Both the position numbers and the translations under genes were made by a program. DNA of 64,000 bases from a virus: positions 15,968-79,967 of IMG/VR virus record IMGVR_UViG_3300026292_000006. One strand, given 5' to 3'. Below the pieces are notes generated by a model, which saw nothing but the letters and a program-made list of their open reading frames with translations, did no database searches and was not told the DNA's origin. Shown one piece after another: positions 29,588 through 39,055 of this stretch; the first letter of the stretch is position 1, and each line of letters opens with the position of its first letter.

Positions 29588-31666
29588 TTAGAAACAAGAT
29601 TCGCTGACTGGATACGTGAATGCATCCGTTGGATAATCAATGATATTTATACCCCCAATGTTACCGTAATTGTAACCATTAAAGTTGTTAGGATCGAAGT
29701 TGGGGATTGACACATCGTTGATTGTGTAGTCAATTGGATTGACTGTTGGGTTAAAGATTGAGGGGTCAACACCTGGTGGGATTGTAAGTGATCCACCAGC
29801 TGGAAGTACCTGAATAGGTAATCTGGTAGTGCCATCAGGGGTGCCCTGAATAGCAATAGGTCCGACACAGACCTGACCTGTTTTATAATCAACTGTTCCG
29901 ACAGCTGGATTGAGGATTACCTCAGTCTCATCTCTCTTCGTCACTAGAATCAAGTTTCCTTTACCGTCATCTCTAATATTTACTGCAACTAATACAACAT
30001 TGTCAGTATTAGTTGAAATTACTGGACTACTTATCTGAGCATTTGTAGATCCGTCAGAAAGTGTCAAATTAACGAGGTCTTCAGTGTAACCAGTGGCATA
30101 AAAAGTACCAGATTTGACTACAGCGAAGGATGGAGCACAAGCATCGCCATCTTTATCACCTGCAAGGTCAGATGGGTCAAAAAGTGGGTTTCCAAAGTCT
30201 AAGCATTGGGTAAATACGTTACCAAAGGTGAATTTATCGAGATTTTGACCTAAAGTCATCTGAGTAACGTTACCTGATATAGCAGTATCACTACTATCAA
30301 TCATAGAACCGAATTTAGACCCATCTAAGCGATTTCCAAATCTATTATTCTGTTGAGTAGTGTTAAATTGGTCAATTGCCTGTAAAACCTTAGTTGCGAG
30401 TTGAGCACCAGTCAAAGATGTCTCTCCACCATTGTAGTAAATGTAAGATTTCGGAATAAGGTAGAAACTTGTTGGGTCAATGATGACTGGCTCGATAGAA
30501 GCAACAGAATACTTCTTCAAATCGTTTTTAATCCTTGCCTTTGTACTAGCATTGAGTTTATTTCCCGTTTTTGGTCTAATTGCAATGTAAACCTTACCAT
30601 ATATGGGTGGAGATAGTTTCTCACCACCATAAGCGGTCACAGATGCTGCCTGAGGGTAGATTTCAGATACTATATGCTCATAGTCATTCTCAGTAACTGC
30701 TCTATTCTGGGTTGCATACGCTCTAGGTGCTCTAAACTTGACTGATAGACCAGTTTCACGCTCTTCACCGTCTTGAGAAGCGTCTTTAGTATGAATAGAG
30801 ATGCCAGCAGGGGCAATTACCCTTCCATCAGAGTCAATTATGTTGCCGATGTAGTCAAAATTACGACATCCGTTAGCTTCAACACCATAAGTGGTAACAT
30901 AGTTGATTGTGATGAATTCTCCATCAATCAATTTACGTCCTAAGACCCCATCTCCGAATAAAAGACGGTATCTAAGGTCATCTGTCTCCTCCAAATAGTA
31001 AATTCTGGAGGTTGCATTCAATGCTGTAGCATTTGATACCAAATTATAGGTATCAGTCTCTGAAGATTGAGCATTTGGACTGATATCTACGGTCAAAAGA
31101 CCTGTATCAACGTTTTCAGCAGGGATAACGAATTCTTGTTTCTTAGTATAGTCCACTGTATAGTGGAATGACATCAAATTACCTTGATATACCAAGACAT
31201 TATCGAAAGTTGCTAGTCCAGTAGAGGTATCTACAGGGACTTTAATGTCCTGAAGCACTGCAAAGGTAAAATTATCACTATCATTCTCTGCAACAAAGAC
31301 ATCACCCTTCTGAAGAGTAGCAAATTCGGGGAATGTAGTACCATTTAAGGCAGTAGTTGTCTGAGCAATGATTTTAAGACACGCCCTAGGTGCCTTAATT
31401 GACCTTGGGGTGTAGTTTAACTGCTTTGCAATCCTTACAATGTTATCTCTAACAGTAGCAGTCTCTAAAAATGCCTCATTTAATGCCATATTAGCATTGA
31501 AGGCAGTGTAATAAGTGTTATAAGCGAGGATGTCAATCAAATAAGACGCAGAGCTTCCCTCAAAATCATAATCTGTAAACTCTTTTCGAGTCCTAAGATA
31601 GGATTTGATGGATTCTTTGATTTCAAAGAAGTCTAGCGACGTTAATTGTGATGGAATAGCTGACAT
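29588..31666 (-). CDS. gp6: Baseplate wedge subunit gp6
   Basis: LDFFEIKESIKSYLR..FTDYDFEGS..LIDILAYNTYY..NEAFLETA; FGDGVLG; QNRAVTENDY. Confidence 0.95.
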   Translation of the reverse strand: MSAIPSQLTSLDFFEIKESIKSYLRTRKEFTDYDFEGSSASYLIDILAYNTYYTAFNANMALNEAFLETATVRDNIVRIAKQLNYTPRSIKAPRACLKIIAQTTTALNGTTFPEFATLQKGDVFVAENDSDNFTFAVLQDIKVPVDTSTGLATFDNVLVYQGNLMSFHYTVDYTKKQEFVIPAENVDTGLLTVDISPNAQSSETDTYNLVSNATALNATSRIYYLEETDDLRYRLLFGDGVLGRKLIDGEFITINYVTTYGVEANGCRNFDYIGNIIDSDGRVIAPAGISIHTKDASQDGEERETGLSVKFRAPRAYATQNRAVTENDYEHIVSEIYPQAASVTAYGGEKLSPPIYGKVYIAIRPKTGNKLNASTKARIKNDLKKYSVASIEPVIIDPTSFYLIPKSYIYYNGGETSLTGAQLATKVLQAIDQFNTTQQNNRFGNRLDGSKFGSMIDSSDTAISGNVTQMTLGQNLDKFTFGNVFTQCLDFGNPLFDPSDLAGDKDGDACAPSFAVVKSGTFYATGYTEDLVNLTLSDGSTNAQISSPVISTNTDNVVLVAVNIRDDGKGNLILVTKRDETEVILNPAVGTVDYKTGQVCVGPIAIQGTPDGTTRLPIQVLPAGGSLTIPPGVDPSIFNPTVNPIDYTINDVSIPNFDPNNFNGYNYGNIGGINIIDYPTDAFTYPVSESCF

Positions 31667-31667
31667 T

Positions 31668-32081
31668 TTACGCTCTTTCTAGTAGAAAGTCTACTGTTTG
31701 TGTTTGGGACTCACCTACAATCGTATAGTCAATAGAAACGAATGCTGCATTCGTATCTGATTCATCTCGAATATTTACATTAGTAACCTCAATTCGTGGT
31801 TCTAGTCTTTGGAGACAATTCATTATCTCTCCTTTGATGGAATCCACTGAGAATGGATCCCATGGTTCGAATAATAGTGCTTTGACACGAGATCCGATAT
31901 TCTGCTGAAATGGTCTCTCTCCAAATTCGGTAAGAATTAGATTACGCACCGATTGCTTTATAGCATTTACATTTTTTACCACGCCAATATCTCCAGTCGA
32001 AGGGTTAGCATTAAAGGATATTGCTAAGTCTTTGAATCCTCTGGAGACATATTTTTCAGATCTGAATCTGTATGATGGCAT
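31668..32081 (-). CDS. gp25: Baseplate wedge subunit gp25
   Basis: AIKQSVRNLILTEFGERPFQQNIGS..LLFEP..LEPRI; located upstream of gp6. Confidence 0.95.
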   Translation of the reverse strand: MPSYRFRSEKYVSRGFKDLAISFNANPSTGDIGVVKNVNAIKQSVRNLILTEFGERPFQQNIGSRVKALLFEPWDPFSVDSIKGEIMNCLQRLEPRIEVTNVNIRDESDTNAAFVSIDYTIVGESQTQTVDFLLERA

Positions 32082-32179
32082 TCTTGTAATTTGCTATGAA
32101 AATATTTATCACATCTAGGGTCGGTTATTAACACCATACCTTGATCTATAACAAATTGGGCAATATCTACTCTTACCAT
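32024..32179 (-). CDS. Small hypothetical protein (MVRVDIAQFVIDQGMVLITDPRCDKYF...)
   Basis: ATG at 32179 follows a TAAATA; the ORF track starts further upstream at an alternative codon. Confidence 0.5.
   Translation of the reverse strand: MVRVDIAQFVIDQGMVLITDPRCDKYFHSKLQECHHTDSDLKNMSPEDSKT
32103..32108 (-). promoter_or_regulatory. T4-like late promoter upstream of gp25
   Basis: ATAAATA about 20 nt before the gp25 ATG. Confidence 0.55.
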
Positions 32180-32189
32180 TTTATTTAGC

Positions 32190-32339
32190 TCACTTTCCTT
32201 GACCTTTGTATGCTTTCTTCTTGCCATTCCTAGAAGTTGCTGCATATTTGGTGTTTGCACTCCTCCCTTGACGAGTTTTCTTCGGGTTAGGAATCACATA
32301 TGACCCAGTACCCCATGCTCCAGTTGTTGATTTTGCCAT
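32190..32339 (-). CDS. Small basic 49-aa protein typical of the PAAR-gp25 interval of T4-like phages (not in the ORF track)
   Basis: MAKSTTGAWGTGSYVIPNPKKTRQGRSANTKYAATSRNGKKKAYKGQGK. Confidence 0.75.
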   Translation of the reverse strand: MAKSTTGAWGTGSYVIPNPKKTRQGRSANTKYAATSRNGKKKAYKGQGK

Positions 32340-32354
32340 AATTAAATTAATTTA

Positions 32355-32888
32355 CTAAGATGCTAACACAGTTGGGTGCCCCCAGGCAACCACTGATGAA
32401 CAAGGGTAACTAAATCCAGGGAATCCCACCCCTAGTGGATCCAGAATCCTTGCAATTGGTCTCTTGAGTGCAAAAACGGTTATCGTTGTTGCCATCAAAG
32501 TCCTTATATGTCCAATACCACCCATGTCTTCTATAGTTAGGATAGAACACGGAATGGGTGTGGGAATAGGACACATCGCTTTACCGCACGGACAAATGTA
32601 TACTACTATATTTGTACACACAGAAATGTGCGGAATGAACGTATCTCCCATCAAACTGATAGGAATCCCATTCACAAGCACAGTCGCCCGCAATGGGGTG
32701 ATTGGCATCATGGGAATGAGAGGCATCGGAGGCCACCAACACGTGAAATTCTTAATAGTAATACTATAAGGTATTGGTGGAGTACCACATGCCTGTACAG
32801 AGTGGACAGTAGAAGGCAAGCAGAGTCCATGACCACTACAAGGTAGTCCGTTAAGGGATGATACTGGTCGTAGGAAACCGTATGCCAT
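32355..32888 (-). CDS. gp5.4: PAAR-repeat baseplate spike tip protein (gp5.4-like), Cys/Pro-rich
   Basis: CSGHG, TVLVNGIPISLMGD..H, TVFALKRPIARILDP, C..VAWGHPTV; lies next to gp25. Confidence 0.75.
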   Translation of the reverse strand: MAYGFLRPVSSLNGLPCSGHGLCLPSTVHSVQACGTPPIPYSITIKNFTCWWPPMPLIPMMPITPLRATVLVNGIPISLMGDTFIPHISVCTNIVVYICPCGKAMCPIPTPIPCSILTIEDMGGIGHIRTLMATTITVFALKRPIARILDPLGVGFPGFSYPCSSVVAWGHPTVLAS

Positions 32889-35800
32889 TACTTAAAGTCC
32901 TCATTCAGTGTAGTACCGTCAGTCCAAGAGTCTTGCTCACTACATTCATCGAAATATGGATTACCATAATTCCGTATAGCTCTATCTAGTGCTTCAATAC
33001 TACCTGTTAGATTATTCCGCACAGTCATTGTACCATTATAGGGTCCCAGTAGCATTCTTGCATTGGTACCACTACCACTAATACGGTTAGGGTTAACCGC
33101 AATTGACGCATCCATACATTTGTCTAGTGCAGCACATGAATCAAAGAGCTCTGATGTCTGACACCATGTGTTTCCTGCTAGACCGTTTCCGTTACTATCA
33201 TATCCACAGTACACATCTAACGGTCCGTCTGCTGCATTCACACCACGTACGTAACTGTCCCAACACTCGTTAGGTGGTATAGTCCCATTAGTGGGTGTAG
33301 CAACGGTAATTGCTGTATAGTCCACACTGTGAGGTGTGCCAGCTGGGTCACCTGCTGTGGGATGTCCCAACCATGTCTGTACCGCAGCACTACTACTGAT
33401 ATTGGTACCCGCCCATATCTGCAATTGCTCTAATTCTGTAAACCCTGCACGGTTATAGTCCCAAGTATTCTCATCTAATCCCACAGGTACGAATATAATG
33501 TCCGCACTATTGTTAGGGTCACGGTAACATCTTCCCTTAATAGAGCCTCGCTTGCAATTCCACATGCGTTTACCTGCATTATTTGGTGCGTCTCTGCGTT
33601 GCATCATAAAAGGTTTGGGTAAAGTCTTCATATAATCCATAAAGTTACCGCCTTGAGATCCAGTAACCTTACCTTCACACTCAATAGACACTCTATATGA
33701 CGCAAGGTCGTCGTGAGATGCACAGTATTTGTAAGGTAACCACCCAAATGCCTTCTGCTCACCGTCATCACCCACGTCAAGATACGCACATGGGATGTCA
33801 AACCACCTCTGAATGTTGTAAAGTTTGGGTTGACCCGACTTAATACACCTATCCTTACCGAAAGGACCGTATAAGTGCGACTGATTCTCAACATATTGGT
33901 CAGTCTGCTGTGCAGCTTGCTGTGCGAAAGGCATTACTTCCTTCTCAAACTGTGCAATTCCTGGATTTAAAGAGCTCACTACCTCAAATTGCTCCCTACC
34001 AGGTAGTGATGATGCGACTTGACCTACACCAGGACCTATTTCGATACACCCAGCAGGTAGATTCATACAGTATGAGGTAGTATCATCTATTAATTCTGCT
34101 GCACGGATGTAACTATCAGGCACATCTACTGCTCTACCCGACTTAATAAGCTCAAATGATGAGTCAATATACTGTCTATTGCTTCCTTCCTCTTCCATTC
34201 CTTGCACACCACCCTCTATACCACCTCCAATACCGTCGGTTAACTCTTTACCTGTGTCACCAAATGCCTGTGGGTCGGGTGCTCCGTCCTCTTTTTGTAG
34301 ATCCCACTTGATATGCTCAGGTTCAACTACCATTATCTTAGGTAAATCTGCCTGTGAATACCCTGCACCACCATCTACTACCCTTACTGCCTTGATTACA
34401 CCTAGTGCATTCAACTCAGCTATCTCTAGGGTTGCTTTACGCATCTTCAAACGGTCTTTATTCTTATCCTGAGGGAGTGGAATTGCACCTGTATGGACAC
34501 CAAAGGTCGATTGGGTGTCTCTAACTTGATCATGGACGGTCTGAGAGGACTCTGGTGTCTTAAATGTCTTCTTCCAGTCCTCATCCATAGAGACTGAATC
34601 ACCCATAAACTTAGCAGTATCGTTAGGAGAGAAGTCTTCCATCTCTCTAGGGTGGACTATAGAGATTGTAGGTTGGACAAAACCCCTACCACCATTAATA
34701 ATATTGACCGCAGCGACACTTCCATCGTTATCTATGACTGCTTCTAGCTTTGCTTCATCTAATGTCCTAAACGGAATGAGTGCTTTTGGGTTTATTTGGA
34801 CTTTCCAGTAAGAAACCTTCTTGGGAAATTCATATACACCAGTAAAAGCGACCTTATTTGCTATTCCGTAACCTGCTAACACCTCAATTTCACCACCATC
34901 ACTACTTGTAAACGCTTGTTGGTAAGTAAAATCCTGTCCAACCGCACCAAATTGAGTAAATTCCATTACTCCGCACTTCAATTGGTCTCCAAAATAGTAA
35001 ACTGAGACAATATCCCACCCATTTATCTGGTCTCCGCTATTCCAATCACCAGTACGGGTAGTATAACGGAAGAAAATACGCTTACTTTCGGTGTCAATAG
35101 TGAAAAATGACTCCTTTACACCGACTGAGCTCTGGTCTGAGATGGTAATACGGGATTTTGTAGTCTCCCATGAGTCTTCACGTATCTCATAGAAGTGAGA
35201 ATGGTAGGTCCACACTGGAGCACACTGTGGACAACCCTCTGGGTCAGTGGTATTAGGGCAACACTTAGCATTACTGATGATATACTGTGAGGAAAATATA
35301 GGTCCATTCCACGGATACGACGTATCATACAGATAATAGAGGAATTGTGAGTCATAGGAGTCCTCAAAACCGAGGAATCTAGGCACTGCTGCCTTAACAG
35401 CACCGCTTAAACCATATGACCACTCGAAAAATGCATCATTTGATAGTGCTTCTACGTTATCTGGGTTACCCCAACCGTTAACACAGGGTGGTCCTTCAAC
35501 ATTATTACCACTACTGTCACGCATCTGACGATACATGAACTCAGACCATCCACCATCAGCTTCATCATAGTCCTGTTGAGCATCATTAGTATAGGCATAC
35601 CAACCAGACTTATTAATACACTGCCCAGTAGGACCTTTCTTACCAATATCAATGACTGTTTTGTTGGGTTGGTCTGGTATATCAGTCTTAAATACCCAAG
35701 CAAGGATACCCAGATATGAATATTCCTTGTCTAAAGCGTTTAGAGGGGCAACTGGTGAGTTGTCAGCGAGGTTTACTTCCTCACTTGGGTCTATACAATA

Positions 35801-36460
35801 GAAATGATCTGGGTCAGGATGCAAATATTCGTATAAAGGGACTGGTGTTTCGCCTGGACCACAGTATGCTTGAGCATGTGCCTCTGTAGCAAACCCATAT
35901 CCTAGTAAATTACACTCCTCATACTTGTTTCTACCACAACCTGTGCCATTTAATCCAGTAGGAACGTTACTACCAGCACATAGTTGGGTATCATCAGGCC
36001 AATAAGAATACCATTGCTTGATAGGTACAGCATTCTCTACTGCCTTTTTACTTAACCAAAAGACAGGGGCACCACTTCTAGGCTCTTTATTATATCCACT
36101 CGCTGCTTTCTTCCAAGATTCATTCTCGCAACCCATATCCTGTCTTTGTATCTCAGGAGTATTGGTATACTTGTGGTCGTCCTTAGACCCTCTGTAATGC
36201 CTGTATATGGCAGTCCTAGAAGCACCTAGGATAGTTGGGTCATCATCGCCTAGGTAATGAACTATATCCTTACCCAATGGCATACTTCCTGGACCATGAC
36301 CCTCGAAAGTAATATTATAGTCTTGTCCAGTACCTACCCCAGGGTAGTCTCCATGTGAACGATAGTCTCCGTTAGGTGGACGCTTAAACGTCTGCACAAA
36401 GTTACCATTCTCAGTAGGGTTGGGAAAACTTCTACCAGTCTCCTGGACGTATGCGGGCAT
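32888..36460 (-). CDS. Large virion structural protein (1190 aa)
   Basis: Long ORF coupled to PAAR. It has YRHY..DHKYT / PLYEY..DHFY repeats, GxG(F/Y)xxP modules and many Cys. Confidence 0.7.
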   Translation of the reverse strand: MPAYVQETGRSFPNPTENGNFVQTFKRPPNGDYRSHGDYPGVGTGQDYNITFEGHGPGSMPLGKDIVHYLGDDDPTILGASRTAIYRHYRGSKDDHKYTNTPEIQRQDMGCENESWKKAASGYNKEPRSGAPVFWLSKKAVENAVPIKQWYSYWPDDTQLCAGSNVPTGLNGTGCGRNKYEECNLLGYGFATEAHAQAYCGPGETPVPLYEYLHPDPDHFYCIDPSEEVNLADNSPVAPLNALDKEYSYLGILAWVFKTDIPDQPNKTVIDIGKKGPTGQCINKSGWYAYTNDAQQDYDEADGGWSEFMYRQMRDSSGNNVEGPPCVNGWGNPDNVEALSNDAFFEWSYGLSGAVKAAVPRFLGFEDSYDSQFLYYLYDTSYPWNGPIFSSQYIISNAKCCPNTTDPEGCPQCAPVWTYHSHFYEIREDSWETTKSRITISDQSSVGVKESFFTIDTESKRIFFRYTTRTGDWNSGDQINGWDIVSVYYFGDQLKCGVMEFTQFGAVGQDFTYQQAFTSSDGGEIEVLAGYGIANKVAFTGVYEFPKKVSYWKVQINPKALIPFRTLDEAKLEAVIDNDGSVAAVNIINGGRGFVQPTISIVHPREMEDFSPNDTAKFMGDSVSMDEDWKKTFKTPESSQTVHDQVRDTQSTFGVHTGAIPLPQDKNKDRLKMRKATLEIAELNALGVIKAVRVVDGGAGYSQADLPKIMVVEPEHIKWDLQKEDGAPDPQAFGDTGKELTDGIGGGIEGGVQGMEEEGSNRQYIDSSFELIKSGRAVDVPDSYIRAAELIDDTTSYCMNLPAGCIEIGPGVGQVASSLPGREQFEVVSSLNPGIAQFEKEVMPFAQQAAQQTDQYVENQSHLYGPFGKDRCIKSGQPKLYNIQRWFDIPCAYLDVGDDGEQKAFGWLPYKYCASHDDLASYRVSIECEGKVTGSQGGNFMDYMKTLPKPFMMQRRDAPNNAGKRMWNCKRGSIKGRCYRDPNNSADIIFVPVGLDENTWDYNRAGFTELEQLQIWAGTNISSSAAVQTWLGHPTAGDPAGTPHSVDYTAITVATPTNGTIPPNECWDSYVRGVNAADGPLDVYCGYDSNGNGLAGNTWCQTSELFDSCAALDKCMDASIAVNPNRISGSGTNARMLLGPYNGTMTVRNNLTGSIEALDRAIRNYGNPYFDECSEQDSWTDGTTLNEDFK

Positions 36461-36748
36461 CTATTGGGACTTCTCTTCTAAGGTATTTAGTCTCTCAAAC
36501 AGATTATCCAGCAATTGCTTTAGGTTAGAATATTGGTCGTCACCTGGAATTTTATACTTAATCATATCAGCACCAGGAGGAGGGATTTTTTGCAACGCCA
36601 ATTCCAGGAACTCTACTCTCTTAGTAAGAGTCTTAATTGCTTCTGATTGTTTTTGAAATGCCCAGTTAATGAATTCTGCATCGCTCTCAAACTGAGGTAT
36701 CTCTGGTTCTATTGTTTCGGTTACGTCACCATGCACGTATTTTCCCAT
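36461..36748 (-). CDS. Hypothetical protein (coiled-coil)
   Basis: 95-aa ORF abutting the next gene. Confidence 0.75.
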   Translation of the reverse strand: MGKYVHGDVTETIEPEIPQFESDAEFINWAFQKQSEAIKTLTKRVEFLELALQKIPPPGADMIKYKIPGDDQYSNLKQLLDNLFERLNTLEEKSQ

Positions 36749-36776
36749 AATGCCACTCGCTATTTTTTTCCAGACG

Positions 36777-36845
36777 CTAATTTTTTATAAGACTAATAAT
36801 GTTAATAATCACTAATAGCGTTAAACAAATCTGATTGTATCTCAT
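36777..36845 (-). CDS. 22-aa hydrophobic micro-protein MRYNQICLTLLVIINIISLIKN (not in the ORF track)
   Basis: ATG overlaps the TGA of the upstream gene (ATGA coupling) and the ORF fills the gap. Confidence 0.5.
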   Translation of the reverse strand: MRYNQICLTLLVIINIISLIKN

Positions 36846-37030
36846 TCATTCACACGGGATAAACAAAGAGACCCATCTGTCTCCTCTGTATATTCTAACA
36901 CATCACCAACTTCCCAGTCAAACTCTGAAAGTAATTCGTCAGGTAATTGTAGATATATCTCACCATATTCATCCTCATGTATTTCTAAGGTGTATCTTTT
37001 AGACATAATAGTTACATTTTCTTCACTCAT
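36842..37030 (-). CDS. AbrB/MazE/SpoVT-family DNA-binding protein
   Basis: LQLPDELLSEFDWEVGDVLEY swapped-hairpin motif. Confidence 0.7.
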   Translation of the reverse strand: MSEENVTIMSKRYTLEIHEDEYGEIYLQLPDELLSEFDWEVGDVLEYTEETDGSLCLSRVNE

Positions 37031-37035
37031 CTGCT

Positions 37036-37521
37036 TTATGTAGTGCTCTCACGAATTACACCTACACAAGATGTCTGATATAACATACAAGAAGGATGTG
37101 TAAGGTCATCTATTCTACTTTCCTCTTGCCATACCTGATGAAGAATAAACTTATTACCAAGATACATTGCACCATGATTGGGTGACCTATCCTTCAGTTT
37201 CACTGAGTAACCACCTCCCAATGCCTCGCTGTATATCTTATAGAGGAGTAGGTCATTCTTCTGTATAACTGAGAAGTCTAATGGCTCACCCCACTGAGGT
37301 TTTGTAATCCATACCCCATTCTCTTCTGCTACCGCCTCATCCTTGAAAGACGTATACAGTCCTGCGAAACTCTTCAAGTCCCTGTCCAATTCCATCTTGA
37401 CATACTTCTGTATAACCTCGTAGCACCCTGGATAACGTCTACCAGGCCACGGGCGACCTATCAAGTCTTTATACTTTTCTTCTAGGTCTTGTTTTTCTTT
37501 CAACCTCTGGGGACTCGACAT
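37036..37521 (-). CDS. NlpC/P60-like cysteine peptidase
   Basis: LIGRPW..GCYEVI (catalytic Cys), DLLLY, HGAMYLG..ILH. Confidence 0.7.
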   Translation of the reverse strand: MSSPQRLKEKQDLEEKYKDLIGRPWPGRRYPGCYEVIQKYVKMELDRDLKSFAGLYTSFKDEAVAEENGVWITKPQWGEPLDFSVIQKNDLLLYKIYSEALGGGYSVKLKDRSPNHGAMYLGNKFILHQVWQEESRIDDLTHPSCMLYQTSCVGVIRESTT

Positions 37522-37592
37522 ACTGGGGGAATTTTTTTACTGGGAAATATTTTTCTATCGGCAGGATACTGTTGTAGGTTAACGATAGGGAA

Positions 37593-37637
37593 GTTATTAA
37601 TATAGGGACGGAAATAACTGTCCCTATATGTTATTAA
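37593..37637. repeat. Inverted repeat ATATAGGGAC/GTCCCTATAT flanked by GTTATTAA direct repeats
   Basis: 10-bp perfect stem in the intergenic gap between the early and structural regions. Confidence 0.6.
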
Positions 37638-37659
37638 CTGTTATGCTACTATGTATTAA

Positions 37660-37851
37660 TTACTCCACATATTGCACATCATAACATAACCCTTCCGCTA
37701 TGTAATAATCACATAATTGTTGATACTGTAACAGGGTATCATTTAACCCCGTATCTATCAACAACTGTGCCATTTCGATTGTATCATTTAGTCCTAGTAA
37801 TCCTTTATCGTAATTATCAAGAATAGATGCAATCTTTCCTGGAATTGTCAT
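37660..37851 (-). CDS. Hypothetical protein
   Basis: 63-aa ORF coupled to the upstream stop codon. Confidence 0.7.
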   Translation of the reverse strand: MTIPGKIASILDNYDKGLLGLNDTIEMAQLLIDTGLNDTLLQYQQLCDYYIAEGLCYDVQYVE

Positions 37852-38024
37852 TAGTTTCCCTCCGTTAATCGTGTTGCATCAAGTAATGCTAACTTCTCAG
37901 ATTTAAAGGGTCCATACTTACTACAATTAGGGTAATTATACGACCAAAAGTGTTTCCTACCTCTTTCCCACAGTTTAACATCTACAGGGGGAAATTGTGA
38001 TTGAATTGTTGTTACTTTAGTCAT
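37851..38024 (-). CDS. Hypothetical protein (..YGPFKSEKLAL..)
   Basis: Likely start ATG at 38024; GPFxS motif common in small phage proteins. Confidence 0.65.
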   Translation of the reverse strand: MTKVTTIQSQFPPVDVKLWERGRKHFWSYNYPNCSKYGPFKSEKLALLDATRLTEGN

Positions 38025-38094
38025 AGCAATAAAGGGCAAGAAAGGGCAAAGAATAGGGGGGCGATTAGGGGCATGTAGTTAACACATAGTGTGG

Positions 38095-38196
38095 TTAATC
38101 CTCATTGATTGTTTCATCTGTGGTGGTGTAATCGTCCTCGAATAACATATCATCAACCCAATCAGATTGCAAGGGGTTGTAGTTAGTTTCGTCCAC
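38095..38196 (-). CDS. Small acidic hypothetical protein
   Basis: GTG start, DETNYNPLQSDWVDDMLFEDDY. Confidence 0.4.
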   Translation of the reverse strand: MDETNYNPLQSDWVDDMLFEDDYTTTDETINED

Positions 38197-38377
38197 TGTG
38201 ATTGTCCTCCGTATGTGTTTTAAACTGTGTGCGGGGTTTGTTATACTTTTCCACAGGACTTGTGGAATCGTTAACATTTTGTTGCTTGTAATTAGACTTC
38301 GATTGTTTACGTTTTTCCCTTAAAGATTTCGCTTTATGTGATGAATAAGGGTCATTACGTTTGTAAGTCCTTCCCAT
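38183..38377 (-). CDS. Small basic hypothetical protein
   Basis: MGRTYKRND...KSLREKRKQ; sigma70 promoter directly upstream. Confidence 0.7.
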   Translation of the reverse strand: MGRTYKRNDPYSSHKAKSLREKRKQSKSNYKQQNVNDSTSPVEKYNKPRTQFKTHTEDNHSGRN

Positions 38378-38398
38378 TGGAATTGTGCTAACAATGTA

Positions 38399-38427
38399 AT
38401 AATAACCGAAAACGATTGCAATGTCAA
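38399..38427 (-). promoter_or_regulatory. Sigma70-type promoter TTGACA-N17-TATTAT
   Basis: Perfect -35 box and spacing, 21 nt upstream of the ATG at 38377. Confidence 0.75.
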
Positions 38428-38462
38428 GGTATTAGTGGGTTTTGACATATTTCGTTAGGTTG

Positions 38463-38491
38463 TTGACAAAAAAATCTCGGTATGTTACGCT
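38463..38491 (+). promoter_or_regulatory. Divergent sigma70-type promoter TTGACA-N17-TACGCT with an extended TG
   Basis: Perfect -35 box, 17-nt spacer; no plus-strand gene downstream. Confidence 0.45.
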
Positions 38492-38667
38492 CTTAGATAA
38501 CACTAACTAGAGTCTATATTACAGTCTTTAAATAACACTCTAATACATTTATTTGCATATTTAAAATATACACTATTTTCCACAAGTATGTCCGCTAATT
38601 GTGAATTACCTGTGGAAAACTTCATTGAATTGTTGTTAATTAGTGAATGAATTAGCATTGTTTGTTA

Positions 38668-38997
38668 TTACCTCATATACAAATATCCACCTGCCCAATC
38701 ACATTTAGCGAAGCAATCGTTAGGGTTAGTTAATAAGTTATATCTTACATGTTTAGCAGGTTTGTTATAACTTGCTGCTTTATATACATCACCATTCTTT
38801 ACATCTACAAAGCAATGTACTGAATTATCAAATGTTAATTTGTAATACTTTCTTCCCTTGCTTACTTTACATTTAATCTCTCTACTTCCATATGCATTCT
38901 TATAACTATCATCTACACAATTTGCAAGAATATATACATTTTCTTCTATAGTCTGTGTGTCATTAATGTTAGAAACGATTGTTGATAATTTGGGCAT
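38668..38997 (-). CDS. Conserved phage early protein (GRKYYK..SVHCFVD..GDVYKAAS..PAKHVRY family)
   Basis: Motif recognised from phage early regions; function unknown. Confidence 0.8.
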   Translation of the reverse strand: MPKLSTIVSNINDTQTIEENVYILANCVDDSYKNAYGSREIKCKVSKGRKYYKLTFDNSVHCFVDVKNGDVYKAASYNKPAKHVRYNLLTNPNDCFAKCDWAGGYLYMR

Positions 38998-39055
38998 AGT
39001 TGTTAGTTAATAAAAAAAATAGCGTGGGTAGTTGTTAATTAAGGGGAGATATTGT

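Larger units (their letters stand above)
38247..38619. promoter_or_regulatory. Cluster of DnaA-box-like 9-mers TTTTCCACA (candidate origin)
   Basis: Perfect copies at 38247-38255 (+), 38576-38584 (+) and 38611-38619 (-); degenerate copies at 38261 and 38600; AT-rich non-coding DNA in between. Confidence 0.5.
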
